Shown here: positions 34,909 to 43,591 of the stretch, in pieces
Numbering within the stretch: position 1 is the stretch's first letter
Layout of the letters: every line of letters begins with the position of its first letter
DNA from: a virus
Taxonomy: Duplodnaviria > Caudoviricetes
Reading direction: 5' to 3' (one strand)
Length of the DNA stretch: 59,544 bases
IMG/VR virus record: IMGVR_UViG_3300030397_000318
Location: 1 to 59,544 of that record
The notes under the pieces: generated by a model
The model's database searches: none
Seen by the model: only the letters and a program-made list of their open reading frames with translations
Told to the model about the DNA's origin: nothing
Translations under genes and position numbers: made by a program

Positions 34909-35261
34909 GAAAGGCCGCGTGTACTGTCCCCCACTGGTTCCCCGGTATTGGGAAGTACTTGTACGCAGCGGTCATCCCAAAGTTCGATCATGGCGTAATC
35001 TTTGATGCACGTCGCTACGAGCGGTGTGCCGATGTGTTCTTTTGTCCATTCGAATATGGCTCGCTCCACCTCCTCTCTCTCTAGCGCGTTCGGTGTAGAC
35101 ACACGCGCCGTGAAGACACGAACATGGTAGCCATCGGCCAACCAGCGCTGCACCCTCTCAACCATCGCCGGTACCGGCTCTCCGATATGATCAGCCCCCT
35201 TCCACCCTTCGTATTGGGCGAGAGTGCCGTCAAGATCTACGCCTATCCACCCCTTACTCAT
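34905..35261 (-). CDS. HAD-superfamily phosphatase-like protein
   Basis: WIGVDLDGTLA (DxDGT), VFTAR, LWDDR. Confidence 0.85.
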   Translation of the reverse strand: MSKGWIGVDLDGTLAQYEGWKGADHIGEPVPAMVERVQRWLADGYHVRVFTARVSTPNALEREEVERAIFEWTKEHIGTPLVATCIKDYAMIELWDDRCVQVLPNTGEPVGDSTRGLS

Positions 35262-35424
35262 ACCAGTCATCCTCCGATTTGACTTCCGTGTAGCAGTGTA
35301 CCTTACCGTCGTGATTCCATCCATGCCAGAAGACGCGCCCGCAGTAGCATCGGGTCTTTTCCGCCCCGACTTTTTCATCAGCGGGGCGGAAAAGCATCCA
35401 GCATTTCGGGCATCGCATCCTCAT
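35254..35424 (-). CDS. small Cys-rich protein (56 aa)
   Basis: Not in the track; MRMRCPKC...CYCG. Confidence 0.5.
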   Translation of the reverse strand: MRMRCPKCWMLFRPADEKVGAEKTRCYCGRVFWHGWNHDGKVHCYTEVKSEDDWYE

Positions 35425-35435
35425 GCCCGGACGGG

Positions 35436-36374
35436 TTACCGAATCCGGGGGAATGCCGCTCCCGGATTCACCTGGAACCCCGACTTACGACCGTTCCACG
35501 CCTGGACGATCATTGCCGCCCGGTGTGCGATGGGGTCGAGCTTGGTGTTCTTGCTCCGGGGGGTCAGACGCCGACGCACGTTGAAGATCGGATCACCCTC
35601 GGACAGATCCGTACCCCGGCAGAGCTTCTGGAAGAATTCTTCGGCCTTGCGGGGATGCTCCTTCCGGCAGATGTATTCGAGTGCGAGAAGAGCCGACTGG
35701 GGGACGCAGGGGAAGTCGTAGTACTTGGCGACGACACCCTCGGTGTTGAGGAGTTCCACTAAGTCCGGATGGGTCCGGATGTAATCCAAAACGTCGTCGC
35801 CGGTGATTTCCGTTCCGTCACCCGAATCAATGCCGCGCCGGTTCGCCGCCATCGAAATCGATTCGAGTTCATACAAAATGAGAAACTTGGCGGCGGCGGC
35901 AAGGGCGTTAGCATATTTGTGCCCCTGCATCGCAAGCAAATTGGCGTTCGACCGAGTCTTGCCACGATCCACATGAGCGAAACCCGCAGGATCGTTTCCG
36001 AAGATGATCCATGTTTCCATCGGAATGCCTGACCGGATCACGGCATGGAGCCGGTGTTGCCCGTCGTACAGATGCCCGTTGGTGTCGAAGCCAAGACCCT
36101 GCGAAGTCGTTGACCAGTTTCCCCGTTCCATATCGCGCACATATGCCCGCACCTTCTTCTCGGACAGTGGGCGATTCGGGCGCATCCGCTCCAACATCAC
36201 CTCGGCCATCGGCGGAGTGATTTTCACGAGCGCTGCCGTGCGCTGATCGACCATCATGTTAAGATAGTCTTCGAAACGCTGCATCTGCGTCGTGTAGCCG
36301 TTGGGCCGGTTGGTCTTGGTGCTGGCGAGTTCGATGACGTTAGTCTGTTCTGCTAGTGCTGCCGATTTCGGCAT
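35436..36374 (-). CDS. ParB-like/DGQHR-domain protein
   Basis: ITPPMAEVML...NRPLS...YVRDM..GNW...LYDGQHRLHAVI. Confidence 0.8.
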   Translation of the reverse strand: MPKSAALAEQTNVIELASTKTNRPNGYTTQMQRFEDYLNMMVDQRTAALVKITPPMAEVMLERMRPNRPLSEKKVRAYVRDMERGNWSTTSQGLGFDTNGHLYDGQHRLHAVIRSGIPMETWIIFGNDPAGFAHVDRGKTRSNANLLAMQGHKYANALAAAAKFLILYELESISMAANRRGIDSGDGTEITGDDVLDYIRTHPDLVELLNTEGVVAKYYDFPCVPQSALLALEYICRKEHPRKAEEFFQKLCRGTDLSEGDPIFNVRRRLTPRSKNTKLDPIAHRAAMIVQAWNGRKSGFQVNPGAAFPRIR

Positions 36375-36463
36375 TTCGGTTTCCTTTCCGTAATCCGTGA
36401 GGTGTTCACGTAACGGCTAATATAATCCAGATGATTCCAATTACAACAAAAAGTTTGAACATT

Positions 36464-36805
36464 TTATATTCCCCATTGAGTTAGAAGTGATTCCGCATCC
36501 TCGATGGAACGCGCTAGACCCCAGGGAATTCCTCGCTTTTCGCAGTCCTGTCGGAAGTCTTTTTGTGTTGGAGATAATCTGCCCGTGGGGCTTTTTATCT
36601 CGATGAATCCCACCCCGTATTTCAGCAGGACGCACAGATCTGGCACCCCGGCACGGACACCCAGCGCTTTTAATTTCGCACGGTACTGTACGGGCGCGCG
36701 GGATTCATTTGGTATGTGGAAGAAGACGATGCCCCGGAGCCGGAGATATTCCACGATGCTCTTGTGGATATCGTCTTCGGACACTTTGATGGAAAGGCGG
36801 GGCAT
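36464..36805 (-). CDS. VRR-NUC domain nuclease
   Basis: FFHIPNE...GVRAGVPDL...FIEIK...GRLSPTQKDF. Confidence 0.9.
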   Translation of the reverse strand: MPRLSIKVSEDDIHKSIVEYLRLRGIVFFHIPNESRAPVQYRAKLKALGVRAGVPDLCVLLKYGVGFIEIKSPTGRLSPTQKDFRQDCEKRGIPWGLARSIEDAESLLTQWGI

Positions 36806-36879
36806 ACGCTACGCGCCCCACAGTTTACCCAGGCAGTTGGGAGGACAGTCCGGAACGGACATGAAGGGAGCCTGGGAGT

Positions 36880-37077
36880 TCAAGTGAAGAAATCGTTCGC
36901 CGTGACCTTGCCGTCCGTCTCGACGAAGATTTTCTGCATGAAGTCGACCCTCGGGATACGCTTCCCTAGCTCCCATAACCGGAGAGCTTCGGTGGTACAT
37001 CCGAGAGACTTGGATACCTGTTCTCGCGAGAGATGTTGGTTCTGCCGCCATCTCCCTAGTGCGTTCAATTCGGTCAT
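36880..37077 (-). CDS. Cro/XRE-family HTH regulator
   Basis: LSREQVSKSLGCTTEALRLWELGKRIP...TDGKVTANDF. Confidence 0.85.
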   Translation of the reverse strand: MTELNALGRWRQNQHLSREQVSKSLGCTTEALRLWELGKRIPRVDFMQKIFVETDGKVTANDFFT

Positions 37078-37082
37078 ACCGC

Positions 37083-37112
37083 AATATATGGGCACGAGAA
37101 ATCACTTGTCAA
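37083..37112 (-). promoter_or_regulatory. sigma70-like promoter (leaderless) for the HTH gene
   Basis: TTGACA-18-TATATT; ATG 5 nt downstream of the -10. Confidence 0.6.
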
Positions 37113-37168
37113 ATGAGTTGTTGGACACCATATTGTTGGGATGGACAGAACTGGAGGGATGAATAGCT

Positions 37169-37501
37169 ATGAGAACAAGCATTGTGCGCCCCATCGATAA
37201 TGACGATCTAATCAAGGCGATCTGTATAAGAGCAGATGAGGCCTGGCAAGCGCTCTTGATCGCCCGCGCCTTTGGTGGCGGATTTGAGGATATGGCATGG
37301 TGGGTTGCGAGCGAGTTTTCGCTGTCTGATCTACTTGATGAGGCTGCCACTCGTGAAATTGATCTTTCTGATCAGGCGACGGTGGTTCACAAGACGCCGC
37401 TGTCCGAGTCGATGATCGTGAAGCGCGCGCGAGGTGAAATAACAGAAGAGGAATTTCGGCGCTGGAAGAAAGATTTCATCGAAGCAAAATCTGACAACTA
37501 A
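37169..37501 (+). CDS. hypothetical protein
   Basis: First gene of the divergent recombination operon; GGAGG upstream. Confidence 0.65.
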   Translation: MRTSIVRPIDNDDLIKAICIRADEAWQALLIARAFGGGFEDMAWWVASEFSLSDLLDEAATREIDLSDQATVVHKTPLSESMIVKRARGEITEEEFRRWKKDFIEAKSDN

Positions 37502-37842
37502 TGCTCAAGCGCAAGAAACCACGCCCCATGGGAGTCCGGAACCAGAAGAAGAAGTCGTTCCCGAAGCATCTCCAGTGGGTACGTGGATTTGAATGCGCCG
37601 TGCGTGACGATGAGTGCTGGGGCAAGACGCAAGCCCATCATGTGCGAGAGCAATGGGAAAACGCTATGGGCACGAAGCCGCCCGACTTTCATGTTGTGCC
37701 GCTTTGCACGGCCCATCATACTGAGCTTCATACGAAGGGACGGTTGACGTTCCAGCGGAAACACGGCGGGATCGACCTTATTAATATCGCGCGTGATCTG
37801 GCGCACAGGTCTCCCCACAAGAAGGACTGGGAAGATGGGTAG
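37501..37842 (+). CDS. DUF968-like putative HNH nuclease
   Basis: HLQWVRGFEC...QAHHVR...GTKPPD..VVPLC..HH.ELH. Confidence 0.8.
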   Translation: MLKRKKPRPMGVRNQKKKSFPKHLQWVRGFECAVRDDECWGKTQAHHVREQWENAMGTKPPDFHVVPLCTAHHTELHTKGRLTFQRKHGGIDLINIARDLAHRSPHKKDWEDG

Positions 37843-38569
37843 CGAGAGCATTGCACTGGCATTGGCGAAAGCACAAGCCGAGTTCCCACCCATCGAACAG
37901 AACCGGACGGTGGAGGTTAAGACAGACCGGGGCACCTTCTCGTTCACCTATGCGACCCTGAATGAGATCATCTCAAAGACACGACCCGCACTCACGAAAT
38001 ACCAAATTGCCGTGACACAGCGGGTCACCAACTTCGACAAGGATCAGTACGTGGAAACTAGTTTGTTGCACTCGTCGGGGCAGTCGATTGTGACACGTTT
38101 CCCGGTACTAACATCCGACTCTCGGAATCCGATGCAAGCCCTCGGGGCCAGTGTGAGCTACGCACGCAGATACGGTCTGTCAGCCGCACTGGGGCTTGCG
38201 TCGGACGAAGAGAACGACCTTGAGGCAGCAGAAATCGCAGCAGCGATGCACGAACAGGCGCGGCACACCAGCGCCATGGCGACCAAGAAGGCCTCACGCG
38301 CCGGAGACGACGCATTCTGGAAGGGTCCGTTGAAGAAGACGGAACTGAAGAAGGAGCTTCAGAAGCTCGTCACCGATATCGAAGCGTGTGAAGACGTGGC
38401 ATCGCTCACCGCGCTGATGCTCACCGAGAACTACGTTAATCTTACCATACAATGCCAGGAAGATTTACCCTCGTGGTGGTCACCCAAGAAAGGTTCCGAC
38501 ACGCTGGGCATCTGGCAACGTATCGACAAGAAGACCAAGGAACTTGAGAAGAAGGAAGGTATGCAGTGA
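37835..38569 (+). CDS. erf: ERF-family single-strand annealing protein
   Basis: ALAKAQAEF...YATLNEII...LLHSSGQ...QALGASVSYARRYGL...DEEND. Confidence 0.9.
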   Translation: MGSESIALALAKAQAEFPPIEQNRTVEVKTDRGTFSFTYATLNEIISKTRPALTKYQIAVTQRVTNFDKDQYVETSLLHSSGQSIVTRFPVLTSDSRNPMQALGASVSYARRYGLSAALGLASDEENDLEAAEIAAAMHEQARHTSAMATKKASRAGDDAFWKGPLKKTELKKELQKLVTDIEACEDVASLTALMLTENYVNLTIQCQEDLPSWWSPKKGSDTLGIWQRIDKKTKELEKKEGMQ

Positions 38570-38820
38570 CCTACGACAACACCAACTCCGGAGTACTTTT
38601 CAGTAACGACAAAGAGGGAAACCCCAACCGCCCCGACTACACCGGGAAGATCGATGTGGAAGGAACCGAGTGGCGGCTCGCCGGATGGATCAAGGTTTCC
38701 GGAAACGGAAACAAGTTCCTGTCGCTGAAAGTCTCTCCGCCCCGTGAGCGCCCGAGGCCGGAACCGGAACCGAGCCATCCACAGCACGACCCCGGACTCG
38801 ACGACGAAATTCCTTTCTAG
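38566..38820 (+). CDS. ssb: small single-stranded DNA-binding protein
   Basis: NSGVLF.ND...PDYTGKI...AGW; acidic LDDEIPF tail. Confidence 0.85.
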   Translation: MTYDNTNSGVLFSNDKEGNPNRPDYTGKIDVEGTEWRLAGWIKVSGNGNKFLSLKVSPPRERPRPEPEPSHPQHDPGLDDEIPF

Positions 38821-38982
38821 GTTTGTGGTTGGGCGCGCCCTCCTCGTTCGGTTCGGCCCCATGTTTGCGAAACGTCACCCCATCGTTGCTCTTCCGGAAC
38901 CGTCCCACATCGGTTTCATTACGGTCCCGACAGGAGTAAAGGGATGCGCCTGTAATTTGTAAGATCCCAAAACGGTGGACAC

Positions 38983-39354
38983 ATGGACAAAACCTGGATT
39001 CTCCACGCGCAGAAGGAGAGGATGCCGTTCATAGGCTACATCGCCCAGCTTGACTCCAATATCGACTGGGAAGTCACGATCAAGCCCTACAAGAAGAAGC
39101 GCACCCTCTCCCAGAATGCCCGGTACTGGGCAGAGATCGACAACATCGTGGCGGCAGTAGCCGAACACACCGGGTACTCGTCCCAGGAAATTCACGAGTT
39201 CATGAAACAGAAGTTCCTCAAGCCCAAGCGGGTTGAGGTACAGGGCGAGACACGGGAGTACTACTCGACTACCAAGCTCACCACCCAAGAAATGTCGGAT
39301 TACATGGAAGCGGTGCGGGCATGGGCCGCGACGGAATTGGGGATACAGGTCTGA
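38983..39354 (+). CDS. ninB: NinB/Orf-family recombination protein
   Basis: KRTLSQNARYWA...STTKLT..EMSDYME. Confidence 0.85.
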   Translation: MDKTWILHAQKERMPFIGYIAQLDSNIDWEVTIKPYKKKRTLSQNARYWAEIDNIVAAVAEHTGYSSQEIHEFMKQKFLKPKRVEVQGETREYYSTTKLTTQEMSDYMEAVRAWAATELGIQV

Positions 39355-39444
39355 TGGGAGCGATGTGCGGCGCGCCGCCAGTGACGATAACCACGATGGC
39401 GGCTTGGAAGGCACCCAGGTTTTATGGAAGGCCGAGACGGATTT

Positions 39445-39645
39445 CTACCTACTGCCACAAAATTCGTCGACAACCGTATTATGAACTACGATCTGTCGAA
39501 GTAGATTTGTGGACAGCCGGTCTATCTCATTCTCTTCCACGATGATCGGTTCCACCCAGGAGCACCCGTCAGCGCCCGCGTGTGCGCAGCCGACGACGAA
39601 GCTCATCGCGATCAAGAAACTCAACCTCACGCTCAATGTCTTCAC
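39445..39645 (-). CDS. putative o-spanin lipoprotein
   Basis: Lipobox FVVGC; overlaps the i-spanin candidate. Confidence 0.65.
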   Translation of the reverse strand: MKTLSVRLSFLIAMSFVVGCAHAGADGCSWVEPIIVEENEIDRLSTNLLRQIVVHNTVVDEFCGSR

Positions 39646-39772
39646 GGCGTCTACCCCGCTTTATCTCTTCCCGCAGATAGGCGTTCTCCACGGACTTACG
39701 CCCCCCAAACCAGAGTAAGAGGGGCGTAACTACCCGAGAAAGGAAGCTGAGAAGGGCGCTAACTACCGTCAT
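39569..39772 (-). CDS. putative i-spanin
   Basis: N-terminal hydrophobic helix and charged tail; in the lysis cassette. Confidence 0.6.
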   Translation of the reverse strand: MTVVSALLSFLSRVVTPLLLWFGGRKSVENAYLREEIKRGRRREDIEREVEFLDRDELRRRLRTRGR

Positions 39773-39932
39773 TCTTGATACCGGCGCGGAGCGTGGCTAC
39801 GGAGCCGATACCGAGGAAGCCGAGGAGCGTTGCCCACATCTCGGCATCAATCCAGCCGAGGGAATGGGCGGCGGTTACGACGGCTGCCGCTGCCGCAAGG
39901 ATATATGTTTTACGTCCTTTGAGGAAATCCAT
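39759..39932 (-). CDS. putative holin (57 aa)
   Basis: Not in the track; MDFLKGRKTYILAAAAAVV...LLGFLGIGSVATLRAG, two TM segments. Confidence 0.7.
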   Translation of the reverse strand: MDFLKGRKTYILAAAAAVVTAAHSLGWIDAEMWATLLGFLGIGSVATLRAGIKNDGS

Positions 39933-40260
39933 CACGCTGCCTTTCGTAGTTCTCTAGGTTCGCGGTACACCAATTGGTAGCACTTATGGCGCACGTTCTC
40001 AATGCTCCACCCCGGACGGAGCCGTTTCCGGAGATGGGTCACATGGAGACGTATAATGTTCTCGGCGGTGAGTGGCCCACCCTCATCATCGTGACCATAC
40101 AGAACATGAATTAGTTCGTCATTCGTTACGTGTCGTCCGAAATTGTCCATCAAGTGACGAAGTACTTGCTTGGCGTGCGGCCCGATACGATGGTCGTGTC
40201 GGTACGCATCCGGAACCTCGATAACCTCTAGCAAAAGTACTGGAGCTATCCCATCGACCT
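39932..40260 (-). CDS. winged-helix (OmpR C-terminal-like) protein; start uncertain
   Basis: GRHVTNDELIHVLYG...NIIRLHVTHLRKRL...IENVR..Y. Confidence 0.75.
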
Positions 40261-40664
40261 CACCCCAAACGTCGATAGAAGACGTGTTCCCCGATAATAC
40301 ATTGTGGCTGCATATCCCCCACCCATGGTGGGTATAGCGATGAGTGATGGTAATGAGTACTCCCCGCCACCGGGTCTTGGAACCTTGAGTCTCGAAGTAG
40401 CGCGCCCAGTGAGACGAAGTAAGACTCTGCGTAAACGCGATTTCCAAGTCCGACATCCATGCACTCACTTCTTATGGGGCTGTCCCAGTTCCAACACTGG
40501 AACACGTCGGGTCTGAGAACAGTTTCCCAATACGTTTTTCCTGAATACCACTGTTCCGCCTCATGTCGGTTGATGATCAGCCAAGCCATGGCGAGCTTAC
40601 CATGGAGCGTCTGAGACCCAGCCTCTCCATATACCGTTCGCGCGATGGCTTCCACCTCATCCAT
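40260..40664 (-). CDS. SleB/Hydrolase_2 cell-wall hydrolase (endolysin)
   Basis: ARTVYGEA, INR, FQCWN, GSTHYH, PPW, IGEHVFY. Confidence 0.88.
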   Translation of the reverse strand: MDEVEAIARTVYGEAGSQTLHGKLAMAWLIINRHEAEQWYSGKTYWETVLRPDVFQCWNWDSPIRSECMDVGLGNRVYAESYFVSLGALLRDSRFQDPVAGSTHYHHSSLYPPWVGDMQPQCIIGEHVFYRRLG

Positions 40665-41628
40665 ACTTCTTGAACTCCCCTCGGAATTCAACCACGCCTT
40701 CCTCAACAACCCGAACCATTTCCGGGTGCATCATGTGACCGTCTTTGATGGTTACAACCACGAAACCACTTTGCCAGTTCCGGGGATTGTCCTCGATATA
40801 CTCGAACTGCGGGCCATACTCGTCGGCCATGGTTCCGCACTCGATACCGAACCTCGTCCCGTTGTAGTCCGTGAAGGGGGTGACACCCAGCCTATGAAGA
40901 TGCCCGGTGCAGATGTGCTTCCCGCTCCAGACGGTATTGTTGTGCCTCGCATGAATTCCGCCTTTGAACCGGTGCTTGATAACCAGTTCATCATTGATCC
41001 AGAGAGAATAACACGGATGCCAGTACGGGAAGTGATCCTTCAAACTAAATCCGTGGACGAGGCAGTACTCTCGGGCAGCATGTCCTAGGCGGTTTTCAAA
41101 ACGCGCATCGTGGTTGCCGAGCGGCCAAAATAAAGCCGCGTTCTTCGCGGCGTTCCGTATCTCTTCCAGGCGTTCTTGAACTGTGGCGATTTCGTCGACA
41201 ACGCTGGGCTTATGATCTTCGTTGATACCCATTGGCCATCGTGAGATGGTCGCCCCGTCTACCATGTCTCCGTTGAGGCAAACTACTTTGGGCTTGAGCT
41301 TTCCACAGAAATCTACGAAGGCTTTATGTGCCGTCGAAACATAATTCGGCCAGTAATGTGCATCACTGCCGATTAGGATGATGCCGTCTTTGACATCGAA
41401 ATACCGCCGCCCCGGAGGTGGGTTAAGTACCCTTCGGTATTTGTGTTGTTCCTGGCCGCGCGGATCTTCTCCGCCGGAGTGTATCTGGCGTCCCAGTTTT
41501 GCTTCCAGATTTTCCCGTCGCTTGTAGAGAGAACGCAGATTCAACTTCAGAATCCGCGAAGTCTCCTTCATCCCCTTAGTCTCGATTAATTCGACGACTT
41601 CCTCGTCTGAATGTCTCGGCTTGGGCAC
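40657..41628 (-). CDS. calcineurin-like metallophosphoesterase
   Basis: SDAH, NGDMVD, GNHD, GHLHR. Confidence 0.88.
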   Translation of the reverse strand: MPKPRHSDEEVVELIETKGMKETSRILKLNLRSLYKRRENLEAKLGRQIHSGGEDPRGQEQHKYRRVLNPPPGRRYFDVKDGIILIGSDAHYWPNYVSTAHKAFVDFCGKLKPKVVCLNGDMVDGATISRWPMGINEDHKPSVVDEIATVQERLEEIRNAAKNAALFWPLGNHDARFENRLGHAAREYCLVHGFSLKDHFPYWHPCYSLWINDELVIKHRFKGGIHARHNNTVWSGKHICTGHLHRLGVTPFTDYNGTRFGIECGTMADEYGPQFEYIEDNPRNWQSGFVVVTIKDGHMMHPEMVRVVEEGVVEFRGEFKKYG

Positions 41629-41664
41629 ATGACAACTCCTTGCCGTTACGAGAAATGGGTATGC

Positions 41665-41898
41665 TTATCCTACGCTTAGTATCTGAATTATGGCGTTTTT
41701 CCAGATGTACGCAATCATGCTCACGCACGCGAACATCAAGAATCCGATAGTTGCCTTCATCATGCGCATCCGCTCTTTGCGGATATCGTCAACGGCAGTC
41801 CATATCTGTTCGAAAAGCTTGTGAAGATCTTCCCTGTCGGCACGACATTGCTCGATGTGAGCTTTGATCATCTGGCGGGCAACTTCGTCGGTTGTCAT
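41665..41898 (-). CDS. small protein with C-terminal TM helix
   Basis: HIEQC...coiled coil...hydrophobic C-terminus. Confidence 0.65.
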   Translation of the reverse strand: MTTDEVARQMIKAHIEQCRADREDLHKLFEQIWTAVDDIRKERMRMMKATIGFLMFACVSMIAYIWKNAIIQILSVG

Positions 41899-41899
41899 G

Positions 41900-42211
41900 T
41901 CAACCTTTCACTTTCACCCGCTCTGGCTTAATCGGAACTATTTCCCAGTATTCCCCTGATCCCCCCATGCAGTATCCGTTGTGGGGATGTATGAACATCA
42001 TCGTCCAGGTCGCCCCGTGCGGGGAGACAAAGAATTCTACGATGTTTCCGGTGTTGGTGTAGGCGCGATACTTAAGAGTTTCGCTGTACTTCTTGGCGAG
42101 GTGGGCAATGACGGTTTCGCGCTTATCCACGCATCCGGTCGGCATTGCCTTGGCACTGAAAGGCCACGCTATGAGCGCGGCCACGGTCAGAACTAACAGA
42201 GAAGCCTTCAT
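41900..42211 (-). CDS. secreted hypothetical protein
   Basis: Signal peptide; C..RE.V...L..KY.E...TWT...C pattern of alphaproteobacteria. Confidence 0.7.
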   Translation of the reverse strand: MKASLLVLTVAALIAWPFSAKAMPTGCVDKRETVIAHLAKKYSETLKYRAYTNTGNIVEFFVSPHGATWTMMFIHPHNGYCMGGSGEYWEIVPIKPERVKVKG

Positions 42212-42293
42212 AGTCGTTCTCCTTGCGGAAAAGTATAGCGACTACAGTGCTACCCGTCTATCTCCCCTTAAAGTAGTGTATTCCAACATTTTG

Positions 42294-42575
42294 TCAACGG
42301 CGTCGAGCGGCTTTCTTGGCGTCCACATCCGCTTTGGAGATCCTTCCATCGGGGCTGTCGACGATTAATTCCTCGATTTCCTTAGAGGTGAGGGGACGAG
42401 TATCAGCCGGTACCGCCCCCCATGTCCGGGTGCCAAAGTCGAAAATCTGTCTGCCACTTTCGGGCTGGGGGTCTACAATGCCCTCAACCGCATCAGCCGG
42501 TCCCGGCTCGTCATCGGGGGTGGCAATCAAGATTGCTCCGGAAGCGTCTACCCAAAAAGTAGTCATTAGATCCAA
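42294..42575 (-). CDS. tail-fibre-associated small protein
   Basis: Directly downstream of the fibre gene; P..GRQIFDF..W. Confidence 0.55.
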   Translation of the reverse strand: MDLMTTFWVDASGAILIATPDDEPGPADAVEGIVDPQPESGRQIFDFGTRTWGAVPADTRPLTSKEIEELIVDSPDGRISKADVDAKKAARRR

Positions 42576-43588
42576 GCCCTTATGATCCAGCCCCAGTTGG
42601 CATAGGTGATCGCGGCAGAGTTAAACGCAGTGCTATGAATGTTGATCGCCGCACCCTGCCGAAGAACGATTGCCGTCGTGCTCACGATGGCTGAGATTTG
42701 CTGGTCACCATCGGTTCCGGCCTGGAACTCAAGCTCCTGCCCAGTGGTGATACCCAGATTTGCAGTGAGACACTTGAGACGAATGGACACCAAGGACGGG
42801 ATAGTGTTGAGGCCATGCGCAAACTCTAGCGCGGTATCCACCGTGACTGCCTGTGTGGATGCTGTGTAGTCGGGCGGAGCCAATCCAGTGGAGGTAGTGT
42901 TGATATCCTGCCAAGCTGGCACACCAGCGGAAGAGCCAAGCACCTGCCCGGACGACCCAAGAGACACACCCTTCCATGATCCATCCGAACCATAGAACAA
43001 GATTGCACCAGTGGACGAGTTTCCGAAATTAGTGTGAGTTGAGCCAACAGCGCTATCGGCGATCTGTGCGGAACTTACAGCACCATCCACGATATCGGTC
43101 GACGCGACGGACGACGCCACCGCCATTGCGCCTAGCTCCAGAACAGCGCGGGCGTCAGACGAATTGCTTTGGGCTACGAGAGAGGAGCCATACTCGCTGG
43201 CCCCAGACAGAGAGACCGTGACTTGACTGAGTGTGATGTCATCCGAACTGATGGCAATGGAAGTGGCGGTGCTGGACGAATTGAAAGTCCAAAACGTGTC
43301 GGAGTTTTCGGTGCCCCGGTCGACATAGACAATGGTTCCGGGAATTAGATCTCGCGCGCCGTCACAGTCGGCAGAGCGGGACCAGGACGTGTCATCCGAG
43401 ACATACACGCCGTTCTGGTTGGCGTCGGTCTGATCCTTCACCAGAACTCGTTCGCCCGCACCAACAGCGATACCGTCGATAACCTGGGTACTGGAGAGGG
43501 TGATGTTGGCACCGGTGGTCGCAACGACGCAGGGCGCTTTGATGGCAAGCGCCATATCGGTTCCACGAAGTCGATCAGTCTGTGCCAT
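42566..43588 (-). CDS. tail fibre protein
   Basis: ANITLS.TQVIDG....GERVLVKDQTD..QNGVY N-terminal fibre domain; HGL...P C-terminal domain. Confidence 0.8.
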   Translation of the reverse strand: MAQTDRLRGTDMALAIKAPCVVATTGANITLSSTQVIDGIAVGAGERVLVKDQTDANQNGVYVSDDTSWSRSADCDGARDLIPGTIVYVDRGTENSDTFWTFNSSSTATSIAISSDDITLSQVTVSLSGASEYGSSLVAQSNSSDARAVLELGAMAVASSVASTDIVDGAVSSAQIADSAVGSTHTNFGNSSTGAILFYGSDGSWKGVSLGSSGQVLGSSAGVPAWQDINTTSTGLAPPDYTASTQAVTVDTALEFAHGLNTIPSLVSIRLKCLTANLGITTGQELEFQAGTDGDQQISAIVSTTAIVLRQGAAINIHSTAFNSAAITYANWGWIIRAWI

Positions 43589-43591
43589 GTC

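Noticed and set aside
42294-43588. Diversity-generating retroelement (head genes are BPP-1-like)
   Set aside because: No reverse transcriptase and no TR/VR repeat pair seen
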